From contig JABMJD010000005.1 in assembly GCA_013201395.1 (NCBI GenBank), positions 24,381 to 88,380 of the forward strand: 64,000 nucleotides of DNA. Direction: 5' to 3'. A model generated the notes under the pieces. That model searched no databases, was not told the DNA's origin, and saw only the letters and a program-made list of their open reading frames with translations. Both the position numbers and the translations under genes were made by a program. This document shows positions 48,377 through 58,386 of this stretch, in pieces; position 1 is the stretch's first letter, and each line of letters starts with the position of its first letter. The DNA comes from Candidatus Syntrophopropionicum ammoniitolerans (GTDB lineage: Bacteria > Bacillota > Desulfotomaculia > Desulfotomaculales > Pelotomaculaceae).

Positions 48377-49000
48377 TTATTTAAGATTTACCTTGGACTG
48401 AAAATAATGGGTGGCATAAACTGCCGCCAAAGGGTTATGCCCCGTGGCTCTATCCTTCACTGCCAACACCGTGATTGGAGCCTCTGAATGTTTGATGAAT
48501 AAAGTATCATGTCCCACACACAGACCGAGTAGAACGTTCAAATCGGTCTGTTCTTTGTTTAAAAGTAGCGCCTGTACCACAGGATTGCACATAGCCTCAA
48601 ACTGGCCTGGACGCACCTTTTCATCATCACGCAACCCCAGTTCTTCCTTGGGCCTGGAGCCAGTTTTACACATCACAGATGCCACCGTAAAACCATTGTT
48701 TTCTAGAATCTTGTTCACCTCAAAGGCTTCCTTGCGAAGCCCCACGCAGAAGGCTAGACCTAATTTTTTGAAACCAGCCAACTGAGAAAACTCCATTATC
48801 TCCCTTACCCGTGGCCAAACCCCGTATCCACCGGCCTCCACCCGCGCTGAATTGCAGGCCAGGCTGCCGGCAGAATGACGATAAATATCCGCAGCCTCTT
48901 CATATATTTCCTCATATAACCTCATTGGGCAATTAGCGGGTAATTTTTCTAGATTTCCTTTATAACATGGGTGCGCACCACATTTAGCGCAATTCAACAT
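48377..49000 (-). CDS. DUF1847 Cys-rich putative metal-binding protein
   Basis: CAKC..C, RVREIMEF, GLAFCVGL, MCNPVVQA, GLCVGHD and KDRATGHNP. Confidence 0.85.
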   Translation of the reverse strand: MLNCAKCGAHPCYKGNLEKLPANCPMRLYEEIYEEAADIYRHSAGSLACNSARVEAGGYGVWPRVREIMEFSQLAGFKKLGLAFCVGLRKEAFEVNKILENNGFTVASVMCKTGSRPKEELGLRDDEKVRPGQFEAMCNPVVQALLLNKEQTDLNVLLGLCVGHDTLFIKHSEAPITVLAVKDRATGHNPLAAVYATHYFQSKVNLK

Positions 49001-49027
49001 TTTATTTACCTCCCCCTTACAATGCAC

Positions 49028-49465
49028 CTATACATTATCTTTAGAACAGCACATCTGTTTCAGCAAATTGAGAAATATTTCTCTGGTTAACGGTCTTCTG
49101 CTTTCCATGACCAACCAACCTTTTTTTCTCGAGTATAAGAAATTTGCCAACTGCCTGTTGTTTGTCATACATACCTGTCCAATTGCACCTATCGCAAACC
49201 TGCCAATGGGTCTGACAACTACCTCACATTCTTCAGAAGTAATCACCAGCATTGGCACAAAATACCTGCCCAGGTATTCCTCCTGTCTCTCGGCAGTTGT
49301 TTCAATAACACACGGAACCACAGTTTGTTTTGGATCCTTTTCCCATTCCTTGATTTGTGCCACTGTCCATTGTTTCAGCTGCCTATTTAGCTCAATAAGG
49401 GCTGATACCCATTCTTCTTTTATTCTCTGATTCTCCTGCACAGATTCCTTATTCAATTCCCCCAT
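49028..49465 (-). CDS. Hypothetical protein
   Basis: ATG after GGAGG; its stop lies just upstream of the DUF1847 RBS. Confidence 0.7.
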   Translation of the reverse strand: MGELNKESVQENQRIKEEWVSALIELNRQLKQWTVAQIKEWEKDPKQTVVPCVIETTAERQEEYLGRYFVPMLVITSEECEVVVRPIGRFAIGAIGQVCMTNNRQLANFLYSRKKGWLVMESRRPLTREIFLNLLKQMCCSKDNV

Positions 49466-49601
49466 ACTCAACCTCCATTTTTTATTAACTGTCCCCGAAT
49501 GCTTTTTACGATATCTTCTAGTGAAATATCGTTCAAAATTATTATAGACAATCTCCTTCATGCAAGCAATAATTTTTTTATTTGATGCCGGCATAATGTT
49601 G

Positions 49602-49654
49602 TTGACATTAGTTCATAATAGAGAATACAATAGTTATGAACCAGTGGTCATAAC
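49602..49654 (+). promoter_or_regulatory. SigA promoter with an adjacent palindromic operator
   Basis: TTGACA-18 nt-TACAAT, then GTTATGA-N8-TCATAAC at 49633-49654. Confidence 0.65.
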
Positions 49655-49683
49655 AATTAATTCTTAATTAGGAGGTTAACATT

Positions 49684-50046
49684 ATGAAGATCGCTATTAC
49701 TTCTGTTGGACAGGACCTGGAAAGCAAAATTGATGCTAGATTTGGCCGAGCAAAATGGTTTATAGTAATTGATACTGAGACAAACCAGCACCAGGTAATT
49801 AGTAATGAACACAATTTAAACATCAGTCAAGGAGCAGGGATTCAAACAGCTGAGAACATCAGCAGACACAATGTAGAAGCAGTGATTACCGGGAATTGTG
49901 GCCCCAAGGCTTTTACAACCTTGAATAGTGCAGGGATCAAGGTTTACAGTGCTGTGGATGGTACTGTAGCCGAGGTCCTGGAAAAATTTAAAAACGGCAA
50001 ATTAAAACAAGCCGGTGGAGCAAATGTTGAAGGTCATTGGGCCTAA
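49684..50046 (+). CDS. NifB/NifX family (Orange protein-like) Mo/Fe cluster-binding protein
   Basis: MKIAITS, RFGRAKWF, GAGIQTA and ITGNCGPKA. Confidence 0.9.
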   Translation: MKIAITSVGQDLESKIDARFGRAKWFIVIDTETNQHQVISNEHNLNISQGAGIQTAENISRHNVEAVITGNCGPKAFTTLNSAGIKVYSAVDGTVAEVLEKFKNGKLKQAGGANVEGHWA

Positions 50047-50081
50047 GTAGAACTAACTATATTATGAAGGGAGGAATATAG

Positions 50082-50294
50082 ATGCCTAGAGGAGATGGCA
50101 CTGGACCGGCAGGCAAAGGCCCTAGAACGGGAAGAGGCATTGGTCCATGTGGTGACGACGGCCAAGGTCAAGGCACCGGCAGGGGCCAAGGCTCCGGTAG
50201 AGGTCAAGGTGGCGGCAGAGGCCAAGGCGGCGGCAGAGGCCAAGGCGGCGGCAGAGGCCAAGGCGGCGGCAGAGGCCAAGGCGGCGGCAGATAA
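50082..50294 (+). CDS. DUF5320-like Gly-rich protein with (GQGGGR)n tail
   Basis: MPRGDGTGP.G.GP.TGRG.G.C signature. Confidence 0.75.
   Translation: MPRGDGTGPAGKGPRTGRGIGPCGDDGQGQGTGRGQGSGRGQGGGRGQGGGRGQGGGRGQGGGRGQGGGR
50166..50291 (+). repeat. 18-bp in-frame tandem repeat, 7 units (the last 4 identical)
   Basis: GGCCAAGGCGGCGGCAGA x4 at 50220-50291, plus three degenerate units upstream. Confidence 0.95.
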
Positions 50295-50358
50295 CATACA
50301 AACTAATGTTGTTTTGCAATGTTAAACATTTAAACCAATGTTCGAGGAGGAATCCCTT

Positions 50359-50691
50359 ATGACACGCTTCAATGGAACAGGACCACAGGGTGCCGGGCCC
50401 ATGACGGGACGGGGCCGTGGTTACTGCATGAGCCCCGTTGGCCCTGGTGCCTGGTTTAGCCAGGGATTCTGCCGGGGGGGCGGCGCCCGGGGTAGGTGGT
50501 ACAGACAGCGAAACGCCTTACCACACCACCGGCTCGGGTGGAGTCCCTATGCTTCACTAAACGCTCCTGTTTATGCACCCCCACTGGGCGGTGAACAAGA
50601 ACTAACCTTTCTTAGGGAACAGGCTGAATACCTGGAAAACACACTTGAACAGCTAAAAAAACGAATTAAGGAATTAGAAAGTAAAGATTAG
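50359..50691 (+). CDS. DUF5320 family protein with a C-terminal coiled coil
   Basis: GTGPQGAGPMTGRGRGYC...ELTFLREQAEYLENTLEQLKKRIKELE. Confidence 0.85.
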   Translation: MTRFNGTGPQGAGPMTGRGRGYCMSPVGPGAWFSQGFCRGGGARGRWYRQRNALPHHRLGWSPYASLNAPVYAPPLGGEQELTFLREQAEYLENTLEQLKKRIKELESKD

Positions 50692-50724
50692 TAGAACTAG
50701 AACTGCCCTGCTAGGGGGGAAATT

Positions 50725-51588
50725 ATGAAACAAAAACTTACTATAGCTGTTGCCAGCGGCAAAGGTGGTACGGGGAAAACTACAGTCTCTGCCAGCCTTG
50801 CCTGTGCAGCAGCAGACACCGGACACAAAACAGCTTATATGGACTGTGACGTTGAAGAACCTAACGGGCATCTTTTTTTAAAACCTACTATCAATTATCG
50901 CCACATGGTGGGTATACCCGTTCCAGTCGTGGATCAGGACAAATGCACTGCCTGTGGCTTATGCGGGGAAATTTGCCAATTTAGCGCCATTGTTTGCGTC
51001 AATAAAAATGTCCTAACATTCGATAAAATGTGCCACGGTTGTGGTGGTTGTAGCCTTGTCTGCCCTACTGAAGCTATTACCGAGCATAGTAGAAACTTCG
51101 GTGTGGTTGAAACTGGGGATTGTGGCAATAACCTAAAATTCTGTCATGGCAAACTGGATGTTGGTGAAATACACAGTCCACCGCTTATTGAAGCAGTGCG
51201 GGAGACTGCGCAGGGGGAGGATTTAAGCATTGTGGATGCATCTCCCGGCACATCTTGTCCAGTAGTAGCCGCTATCAAAGGTGTAGATTACGTCCTCCTG
51301 GTTACGGAACCCACACCCTTTGGGGTTAATGACCTGGAAATCGCCGTTGACATGGTGAAGGAACTAGGTATTCCTCATGGGGTGGTAATAAACAGATCTG
51401 TTCCAGAACATACACTAGCCCGCGATTTCTGCCGGGATAACAACATCAAAATTTTGGTGGAAATTCCTGATGACCGTCGGGTTGCAGAAGCTTATTCTAA
51501 GGGAGAGTTACCCTACAAGGGAGTAGAAGGCTACAGGGAATTGTTCAAAGAACTGATAGATACTATAATAGAGGAGGCGGGACGGTGA
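50725..51588 (+). CDS. MinD/ParA-like P-loop ATPase with inserted 2x[4Fe-4S] ferredoxin, copy 1
   Basis: SGKGGTGKTT, DCDVEEPN, CTACGLCGEIC, CHGCGGCSLVCP, PGTSCP and TEPTPFG. Confidence 0.9.
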   Translation: MKQKLTIAVASGKGGTGKTTVSASLACAAADTGHKTAYMDCDVEEPNGHLFLKPTINYRHMVGIPVPVVDQDKCTACGLCGEICQFSAIVCVNKNVLTFDKMCHGCGGCSLVCPTEAITEHSRNFGVVETGDCGNNLKFCHGKLDVGEIHSPPLIEAVRETAQGEDLSIVDASPGTSCPVVAAIKGVDYVLLVTEPTPFGVNDLEIAVDMVKELGIPHGVVINRSVPEHTLARDFCRDNNIKILVEIPDDRRVAEAYSKGELPYKGVEGYRELFKELIDTIIEEAGR

Positions 51589-52487
51589 TAGAGATAACAG
51601 TAATTAGCGGCAAGGGCGGTACGGGCAAAACCAGCTTAGTAGCTTCCCTGGCTTCCCTGGCACCAAAACCAGCAGTAGCTGATTGTGATGTAGACGCCGC
51701 CGACCTCCACCTGGTACTTGACCCCCAGATCAAGGAATCTCACGACTTTTCAGGCGGAAAATTGGCAGAAATTATACCTGCCAGGTGCAACAGCTGTGGA
51801 AAATGCTACGAGCTTTGCCGTTTTGGGGCGGTAATAAAAAATGAAAATGAAAAACCTGCTTATACAATAGATCCCATATCCTGTGAGGGCTGCGGCGTAT
51901 GTAGTTATTTTTGTCCAGAAAAGGCGATTGCCTTTGAACCGGCAATTAATGGCCAATGGTATATCTCCGACACCCGCTACGGGCCGATGGTTCATGCTAA
52001 ACTTGGTATAGCAGAAGAAAACTCGGGCAAACTGGTAGCTCTGGTGCGTGATCAAGCCAAAAAAATTGCTGAAAATAAAAACCTATCCTATATCATAGTC
52101 GATGGGCCCCCCGGAATTGGCTGCCCTGTTATTGCCTCCGTAACCGGGACAGACTATGTATTAATCGTGACAGAACCAACATTATCGGGTGAACATGACT
52201 TGGAACGGGTGATGGAACTGGTTAATTATTTTAAAATACCTGCCTTTCTTTGCCTAAATAAGCATGATATCAATCCCACTATGAGCGACAAGATTGAAAA
52301 TTTGGCCCGAAACGCCGGAATAAAGGTAGTAGGCCGAATTCGTTATGACCGGGCGGTAACAGAAGCACAAATAAAAAAACTTCCACTAGTAGAATTCACT
52401 GATGCACCTGTTGCAACCGATTTAAAAAATGTGTGGAACACACTTATTCAGGAAATAAATTCACTCCAGAAAGGAAGTCATAATTAA
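51585..52487 (+). CDS. MinD/ParA-like P-loop ATPase with inserted 2x[4Fe-4S] ferredoxin, copy 2
   Basis: SGKGGTGKT, DCDVDAADL, CNSCGKCYELC, CEGCGVCSYFCP and DGPPGIGCP. Confidence 0.9.
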   Translation: MIEITVISGKGGTGKTSLVASLASLAPKPAVADCDVDAADLHLVLDPQIKESHDFSGGKLAEIIPARCNSCGKCYELCRFGAVIKNENEKPAYTIDPISCEGCGVCSYFCPEKAIAFEPAINGQWYISDTRYGPMVHAKLGIAEENSGKLVALVRDQAKKIAENKNLSYIIVDGPPGIGCPVIASVTGTDYVLIVTEPTLSGEHDLERVMELVNYFKIPAFLCLNKHDINPTMSDKIENLARNAGIKVVGRIRYDRAVTEAQIKKLPLVEFTDAPVATDLKNVWNTLIQEINSLQKGSHN

Positions 52488-52832
52488 ATGAAAATTGCTA
52501 TTCCAGTTGCTAAAAACCAGTTGTGCACCCACTTTGGCCATTGCGAAAACTTTATGTTTTTCGACGTTGATCTTGATACTAAAAATATTTTAAAAAAGGA
52601 AGTCTTGACTTCCCCACCTCATGAACCAGGGTTACTACCGAAACTTTTGTCCGAAAAAGGTGTCACCTTGGTAATAGCAGGAGGTATGGGTGGAAGAGCA
52701 CAGCAGCTTTTCCTACAGAAGGGAATTAAGGTTGTTACCGGTGCTAACCCAGCTGACGGCAGTCCGGAAGACATTGTAAAAACCTATTTGTCAGGTGTGC
52801 TGCAAACAGGAGCAAATCCCTGCGATCATTAA
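52488..52832 (+). CDS. NifB/NifX family protein
   Basis: LCTHFGHCENF, PPHEPG, IAGGMGGRA and NPCDH. Confidence 0.9.
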   Translation: MKIAIPVAKNQLCTHFGHCENFMFFDVDLDTKNILKKEVLTSPPHEPGLLPKLLSEKGVTLVIAGGMGGRAQQLFLQKGIKVVTGANPADGSPEDIVKTYLSGVLQTGANPCDH

Positions 52833-52862
52833 AGTTACGCAACATTAAAAGGAGATACCCAC

Positions 52863-53759
52863 ATGGAAAAGGGTTCTAATTGCAACGGTTGTTCTAACAG
52901 CTCTTGTGCTGATGGGCGAAACAACACTTGCGACAGCTGTACGAATGGCTCATGTGAGGACAATCAACAAACAGCAAGCAATAAAGAGGAAAAACATCCG
53001 CCTGAAAAACTAACCTTAAATGAATTTAGTGATGTAAAAAACGTGATCGCAATTATGAGCGGGAAGGGCGGCGTCGGCAAGTCCTCCGTAACCTCTTTGT
53101 TGGCTTGTGGGTTTAGAAAAAAAGGTTTTGAGGTTGGTGTGCTGGATGCGGATATCACTGGCCCCAGCTTGCCGAAAATGTTCGGAGTAAAGGGAGTCCC
53201 TGAGCAAGTTGCATTTGGGCTGATACCGCTGGAAAGCTCTAGTGGAATAAAGGTCATGTCAGTAAACCTGCTTATGTCCCAAGAAGATGATCCTATTATT
53301 TGGCGTGGCCCTTTGCTGGGTAAGATGGTTGGTCAATTCTGGACTGATGTGGTATGGAACGACCTGGATTATCTTTTTGTCGACCTACCTCCAGGTACAG
53401 GAGATGTACCTCTAACGGTAATGCAGTCTCTACCTCTGGATGGTCTCATTATAGTAACATCTCCCCAGGAACTAGCGACAATGATCGTAAATAAAACAAT
53501 AAAAATGGCAAAACTTATGAATATCCCGATTCTCGGCCTGGTAGAAAACATGAGCGCTGCCGTGTGTCCCCAATGTGGGGAAGTATTCCAGGTTTTCGGG
53601 CCTGGTCACACTGAGGAGATGTCACAACGATTTAATATACCATTTCTGGGAAGTCTACCTATTGATCCCAGGCTGTCGACCCTCTGTGATCGGGGCCGGG
53701 TGGAAGATTATGAAAGCAGCCTTTTTACAGATTTCATACCCCAACAATTGGTAGAATAG
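52863..53759 (+). CDS. Mrp/NBP35 (ApbC) Fe-S carrier ATPase
   Basis: MSGKGGVGKSS, DADITGPS, IIWRGP, DLPPGTGD and ENMS..CPQC; Cys-rich N-terminus. Confidence 0.93.
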   Translation: MEKGSNCNGCSNSSCADGRNNTCDSCTNGSCEDNQQTASNKEEKHPPEKLTLNEFSDVKNVIAIMSGKGGVGKSSVTSLLACGFRKKGFEVGVLDADITGPSLPKMFGVKGVPEQVAFGLIPLESSSGIKVMSVNLLMSQEDDPIIWRGPLLGKMVGQFWTDVVWNDLDYLFVDLPPGTGDVPLTVMQSLPLDGLIIVTSPQELATMIVNKTIKMAKLMNIPILGLVENMSAAVCPQCGEVFQVFGPGHTEEMSQRFNIPFLGSLPIDPRLSTLCDRGRVEDYESSLFTDFIPQQLVE

Positions 53760-53858
53760 CATAAAAAGAGACCCTTGTGATTAATTTACTTACCCCGTGC
53801 AACTAAACAGTTATTATGTTTCTAAAATGTATTCAAGCCACTGATAAGGAGGGTTGCC

Positions 53859-54263
53859 ATGCCTAGACCTCGAAAATGCAGAAGGGTAGAACAACTTCCA
53901 GGATATACCTACTTCAAACCGGCGGGCGTCCCCATATCGGAGCTTACCGAGGTAGTTCTTTCTGTAGAGGAGCTCGAAGCTGTCCGCTTGAAGGATTTGG
54001 TTGGAAACGAACATGGCGCATGTGCTGTAAGAATGAACATTTCACGCCCAACCTTTCATCGGGTGCTGTCTTCTGCACGGCAAAAGATAGCACGTGCCCT
54101 TGTCAATGGTGAATCCCTAAGGGTAGAAGGTGGCAATTTCAAATTAGCCCAGCATAAACTAAAATGCGCCAGCTGCGGCCACCAGTGGAAAGGAACTATC
54201 TGCCGTAGACGAACCTTGTGCCCGCTTTGCTACGGAAGTGAATGGCAAAGGATCGAGTCTTAA
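53859..54263 (+). CDS. DUF134 HTH protein with a C-terminal Zn ribbon
   Basis: MPRPRKCRRV, YFKPAG, EELEAVRLKD, MNISRPTFHR and CASC..CPLC. Confidence 0.9.
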   Translation: MPRPRKCRRVEQLPGYTYFKPAGVPISELTEVVLSVEELEAVRLKDLVGNEHGACAVRMNISRPTFHRVLSSARQKIARALVNGESLRVEGGNFKLAQHKLKCASCGHQWKGTICRRRTLCPLCYGSEWQRIES

Positions 54264-54471
54264 AATATCTATAAAGTTACTTGCATAAAATCGCAACACT
54301 ATAATTATTAATAAACAAGGCCTGTGTTTTGAAACCAACTGCTCCGTGATTTATTGTCTCTGACTTTTGAATAATTGATACAAAGGTTGAGAAAATATTT
54401 CCAGTAAAAATAGAAATTAGTTGCGACAATCACGGATAGGGGCATCGTTAACATGTCCAAATCTTCTCCCT

Positions 54472-54502
54472 AAAAGGCGTGGCTACTGATGCCGCGCCTT
54501 TT
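54472..54502. terminator. Terminator between the Orp-like operon and the CDF gene
   Basis: AAAAGGCGTGGC-7 nt-GCCGCGCCTTTT. Confidence 0.65.
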
Positions 54503-54558
54503 ACAATAACGGTATCGTATAAAACATATATAAATCCTGTATATGAAAGGGGCCTGTT

Positions 54559-55770
54559 ATGGGTAGCCCGAAAAGCGCCCGGGTAGCCTTATATTCTATC
54601 CTATTAAACCTTACAATCATGTTGGGAAAGGGATTTCTTGCTTTCCTTTCCGGCAGCACGGCACTTTTGGCAGAAACAATCCACAGTGCCTCCGATTTGG
54701 TGGCCAGCTTCGCTACATTTATAGGCATCCGTATTTCCCACCTCAAAGGAAAAGCCTTTCCGTTTGGACTCTACAAGGTGGAAAATTTCGTTTCCTTGAT
54801 TTCTGCCGGGTTTATATTCTTTGGCGGGTATGAAATTGCAAAGGAGAGCTTCTTTGGTAGTAGCTCCTTGGAATTAAAAAACCTCCCCCTGGCCTTTGCC
54901 GGGCTTACACTAATTGCTATAATAATTTTTTTGTTTTCTAATTATGAGTCTAGAAAGGCTGAGGAATTAAACTCCCCAGGGCTTAAGGCTGACTCCAGGC
55001 ACCTGTATTCTGACCTGGCATCAATAATCGTAGTCTTGTTGGGTTTGCTGGGGGTCTGGCTGGGGTATAGCAATTTTGATCGTGCCGCAGCCATTATTGT
55101 TGTGATTTTTATCGCCCGAGCCGGCTGGCGGATACTTTTAGACGCCATGAAAAGCTTGCTGGATGCTTCTGTAGAAACTACCACCCTGGACATCATTCGT
55201 AATGTAGTTGAGGCGGATCCTCGGGTCAAGGGTATTAGATCAATTATTGCCCGTAATTCAGGTAGTGTGATTTTTATCAATCTTGTTATTACCTTGAACC
55301 TTAAAGGCCTAAAGGAAGCCCACGAAGCAAGTGAAGAGATTGCCGCCTCTGTGAGGAAGGCGGTTCCCCACGCCGAAAAGGTGCAAATTCACTACGAACC
55401 TGATATCAAGGAATATATTTTGGCAGCCATACCCCTATCGGCTCCCGATGGCAGAATATCTGATCATTTTGGCAGTGCACCTTATATAGCACTGGTTAAA
55501 CTTAAAAGAACCAGTCATCAGGTTCTTCAACATGATATTCTTCCAAACCCGTATTCCACTGATGAAAAGGCCAAAGGTATACACCTGAGCCAGTTATTAA
55601 TTCAAAAGGGGGTAGACGTCATCTACACCAGGGAATCCTTAGAGGGTAAAGGTCCGGCTATTCTCATCGAAAGGGCAAATGTGAATGTAGAAATTATAGA
55701 CCATAAATATTTATCCAGTTTTTTAAAAAACATAGTGCCGCTACAAAACAAAGATTTGGCCAATCCTTAG
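54559..55770 (+). CDS. Cation diffusion facilitator fused to a C-terminal NifB/NifX domain
   Basis: SGSTALLAETIHSASD, YKVENF, ADSRHLYSD and dimerisation domain ending HYEP, then SDHFGSAPY. Confidence 0.88.
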   Translation: MGSPKSARVALYSILLNLTIMLGKGFLAFLSGSTALLAETIHSASDLVASFATFIGIRISHLKGKAFPFGLYKVENFVSLISAGFIFFGGYEIAKESFFGSSSLELKNLPLAFAGLTLIAIIIFLFSNYESRKAEELNSPGLKADSRHLYSDLASIIVVLLGLLGVWLGYSNFDRAAAIIVVIFIARAGWRILLDAMKSLLDASVETTTLDIIRNVVEADPRVKGIRSIIARNSGSVIFINLVITLNLKGLKEAHEASEEIAASVRKAVPHAEKVQIHYEPDIKEYILAAIPLSAPDGRISDHFGSAPYIALVKLKRTSHQVLQHDILPNPYSTDEKAKGIHLSQLLIQKGVDVIYTRESLEGKGPAILIERANVNVEIIDHKYLSSFLKNIVPLQNKDLANP

Positions 55771-55834
55771 CCCTTGACTTGATCCTTAAATAGGTTGTCT
55801 CCATAAAACAAGGCCGTATCTTATTTGGGAGGTT

Positions 55835-56809
55835 GTGACGTTGCATATTCTTGAAGTGAGCCATCTGACAAAAAGGTATAACAATTTTACCGCTGTAAAC
55901 AATATTAGTTTTAATATTTTAAAAGGAGAACTTTTTGGTTTTCTTGGACCTAATGGATCCGGCAAAACAACTACCATAAATATGCTTACCGGCCTGGCCA
56001 AAATAACCTCTGGTTCAATTAAGCTGTTGGAATTTGATTATCCCCATGAAATAAAAAAAGCACAACAAATTATAGGAATTGTGCCTGACGAAAGCAACCT
56101 CTATGAAGAACTGGATGGTTTTGGCAACCTCTGTTTTTGCGCCTCACTTTATGGTATGGAAAAAACCACTCGGGAGGAAAGAGCCCGGCAGCTCCTAGGC
56201 GAATTTGATCTTATCGGTGCAGGCAACAAACCTTTTAAATCCTATTCCAAAGGGATGAAAAGAAAGCTGACCATCGCCGCCGGCATTATCCATGAACCAA
56301 AGGTACTTTTTTTAGATGAACCCACTACCGGTATTGATGTAGCAAGTGCAAGGCGAATACGCCAGCTGATTAAAAAATTGAATAAAAACGGTACCACCGT
56401 TTTCTTAACTACCCATTATATTGAGGAAGCAGAAAACCTGTGCCATAGGGTAGCTTTTATTGTGAAAGGTGAAATTATTAAAATCGGTACAGTCAGTGAA
56501 CTTATTCAGGAGGCCCAACAGGAAAGCATTGTTCAGTTTACTCTAGCCGGCGGCGCCGACAGACTTCAGCAGGCCTTAAGAGAAAAGAAACCGGCTATTT
56601 TTAATATTGAAGTCCTCAGCGACACTGTATTAAGGGTTAATACCCCACAACTGATTAGTCTATCACCCTACATAAAATTATTCGAAGAAAACAACCTGAC
56701 GCTCTATGAAGCAAAAATAATCCGCCCTTCGCTGGAAGAGGTATTTGTTAAAATAACGGGTATAGAAGCCGAGCATATGAAAAAAGACAGGGAGGGGAGA
56801 AAAAAATGA
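55835..56809 (+). CDS. ABC-2 (DrrA-like) ATP-binding protein
   Basis: GPNGSGKTT, YSKGM, LFLDEPT and TTHY. Confidence 0.93.
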   Translation: MTLHILEVSHLTKRYNNFTAVNNISFNILKGELFGFLGPNGSGKTTTINMLTGLAKITSGSIKLLEFDYPHEIKKAQQIIGIVPDESNLYEELDGFGNLCFCASLYGMEKTTREERARQLLGEFDLIGAGNKPFKSYSKGMKRKLTIAAGIIHEPKVLFLDEPTTGIDVASARRIRQLIKKLNKNGTTVFLTTHYIEEAENLCHRVAFIVKGEIIKIGTVSELIQEAQQESIVQFTLAGGADRLQQALREKKPAIFNIEVLSDTVLRVNTPQLISLSPYIKLFEENNLTLYEAKIIRPSLEEVFVKITGIEAEHMKKDREGRKK

Positions 56810-57540
56810 AAACATGGATTGCATTCTGGAGCATTTTGTTAAAAGACATGAAAAACTACTATTTAAAACCGCCTAATATTAGCTGGGGCATCATTTTTCC
56901 CTTTGCCTGGACACTGATGTTTTTTTTAAAAACCCAAAACCCCATCGACATCCGTGAAATCCTCCCCGGTGTTATGGCCATGTCTATCTTATTTGGCACT
57001 ACCTCTATGCTCGCTGTAACAATCACCTTTGAAAGGAGAAGTCGCTCGTTTGAAAGGCTATTAATGGCACCAATAAGCCTTAATACCCTTATGTTGGCCA
57101 AAACAACAGGAGCTATTGTCTTCGGGGTAATCAATGCCTTTGTACCAGTCGTCTTTGCCGCTTTTATGACTGATTTATCCGGTGTTAATTGGGTTACCAC
57201 CATAGGAGGCGTATTTCTTATAGCTGTTACCTCAACCTTTTTAGGGCTGTTTATCGCAGTATCAGTAAGCGAAGTGTTTGAGGCGCAAACCTTTTCCAAT
57301 TTTTTTCGTTTTCCTATGGTCTTCCTGTGTGGGCTTTTCATCCCCGTGCAGACCTTGCCGGCATTCCTACAACCGCTTTCCTATGCCCTACCCCTTACAT
57401 ATGGTGCCGACATCCTAAAAACCTCCATAAATTCAAGCGGCTTCATTCAACCTTTGTTGAGTTTTTCCCTACTTGCAGGATATGGACTTGTATTATTTGG
57501 CTTTAGTTTAAAAAACATAAAAAACAAGTGGATACACTAG
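56806..57540 (+). CDS. ABC-2 type permease
   Basis: Six TM segments, FLCGLFIP and LPLTY; ATGA overlap with the ATPase gene. Confidence 0.9.
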   Translation: MKTWIAFWSILLKDMKNYYLKPPNISWGIIFPFAWTLMFFLKTQNPIDIREILPGVMAMSILFGTTSMLAVTITFERRSRSFERLLMAPISLNTLMLAKTTGAIVFGVINAFVPVVFAAFMTDLSGVNWVTTIGGVFLIAVTSTFLGLFIAVSVSEVFEAQTFSNFFRFPMVFLCGLFIPVQTLPAFLQPLSYALPLTYGADILKTSINSSGFIQPLLSFSLLAGYGLVLFGFSLKNIKNKWIH

Positions 57541-57763
57541 ACCAGGAGACAAAGGGCTTTTGAATGCTGTTACCTATTACCTAAACTTCATGCTATATCT
57601 ACCGAGGCGAATCTGTAATTCGCAATAAAACCCCTGGCTGCAGGCTGTGTCGGTTTATTATTAATATTACATATATTATAATCAAGGCTGTAGATAACAA
57701 ATCACTGCACAGATTAGGTGGAAAAATTTTGAACAGGAAATCTAGATGTTGGGATGGTGTAGA

Positions 57764-58195
57764 TTGAAAATCATTGTTGATGCTGATGCAACCCCAAAAA
57801 ATGTATTGAAAATTTGCCAGGAAGCGGCGCTGGAGCTTTCGATAGCCCTGGTGACGGTGGCCAGTTTTAACCACCGAATTGACTCTGCCAGACACGTGGT
57901 GGTAGGAAATGCACCCCAGGAAGCAGACATGGAAGTGGTAAATATGACAGCTGCAGAAGATGTTGTTGTCACCCAGGACTGGGGTCTGGCAGCTATGGTG
58001 CTGGGTAAGGGGGCCAAGGCACTATCTCCATCCGGACGGATTTTCCGGGAGGAAACCATAGATTTTCTCTTGGAAGAAAGGGAAATAAAAGCATGTTTCA
58101 GAAGAAGAGGAGGTAAAACCAGGGGACCCAGGAAAAGAAAAATAGAGGATGACCATAATTTTAAAGTCAGCCTATTTCATCTACTTCAAACCTGA
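57764..58195 (+). CDS. YaiI/YqxD (DUF188) family protein
   Basis: [22 protein letters not shown] and RRRGGKT. Confidence 0.88.
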   Translation: MKIIVDADATPKNVLKICQEAALELSIALVTVASFNHRIDSARHVVVGNAPQEADMEVVNMTAAEDVVVTQDWGLAAMVLGKGAKALSPSGRIFREETIDFLLEEREIKACFRRRGGKTRGPRKRKIEDDHNFKVSLFHLLQT

Positions 58196-58386
58196 TTCAG
58201 GTACAATTTTTTTCAATATTATAACAGTCCCAACTGATGTCCATCCTATCCGAGTCAACACCCCTGCCGGCCAGGACGACGCTCGATTTCAATTTCCAAA
58301 CTATACCTGACCGAACCTAACCCTTGTCCCCATATTTACACTTAATTTAATATAACCCCCGGCTATTCACCCCTACCTTTGCGTTT

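Noticed and set aside
50095-50325. ORFs reading (AEAKAA)n (listed in the track as 50095..50325) and (CRRLGL)n across the 18-bp repeat
   Set aside because: These are alternative-frame or antisense readings of the GQGGGR repeat. The DUF5320-type frame has the RBS and the family signature.
58200-58386. GC-richer intergenic segment as a tRNA or other ncRNA
   Set aside because: No cloverleaf, T-loop or recognisable Rfam motif.
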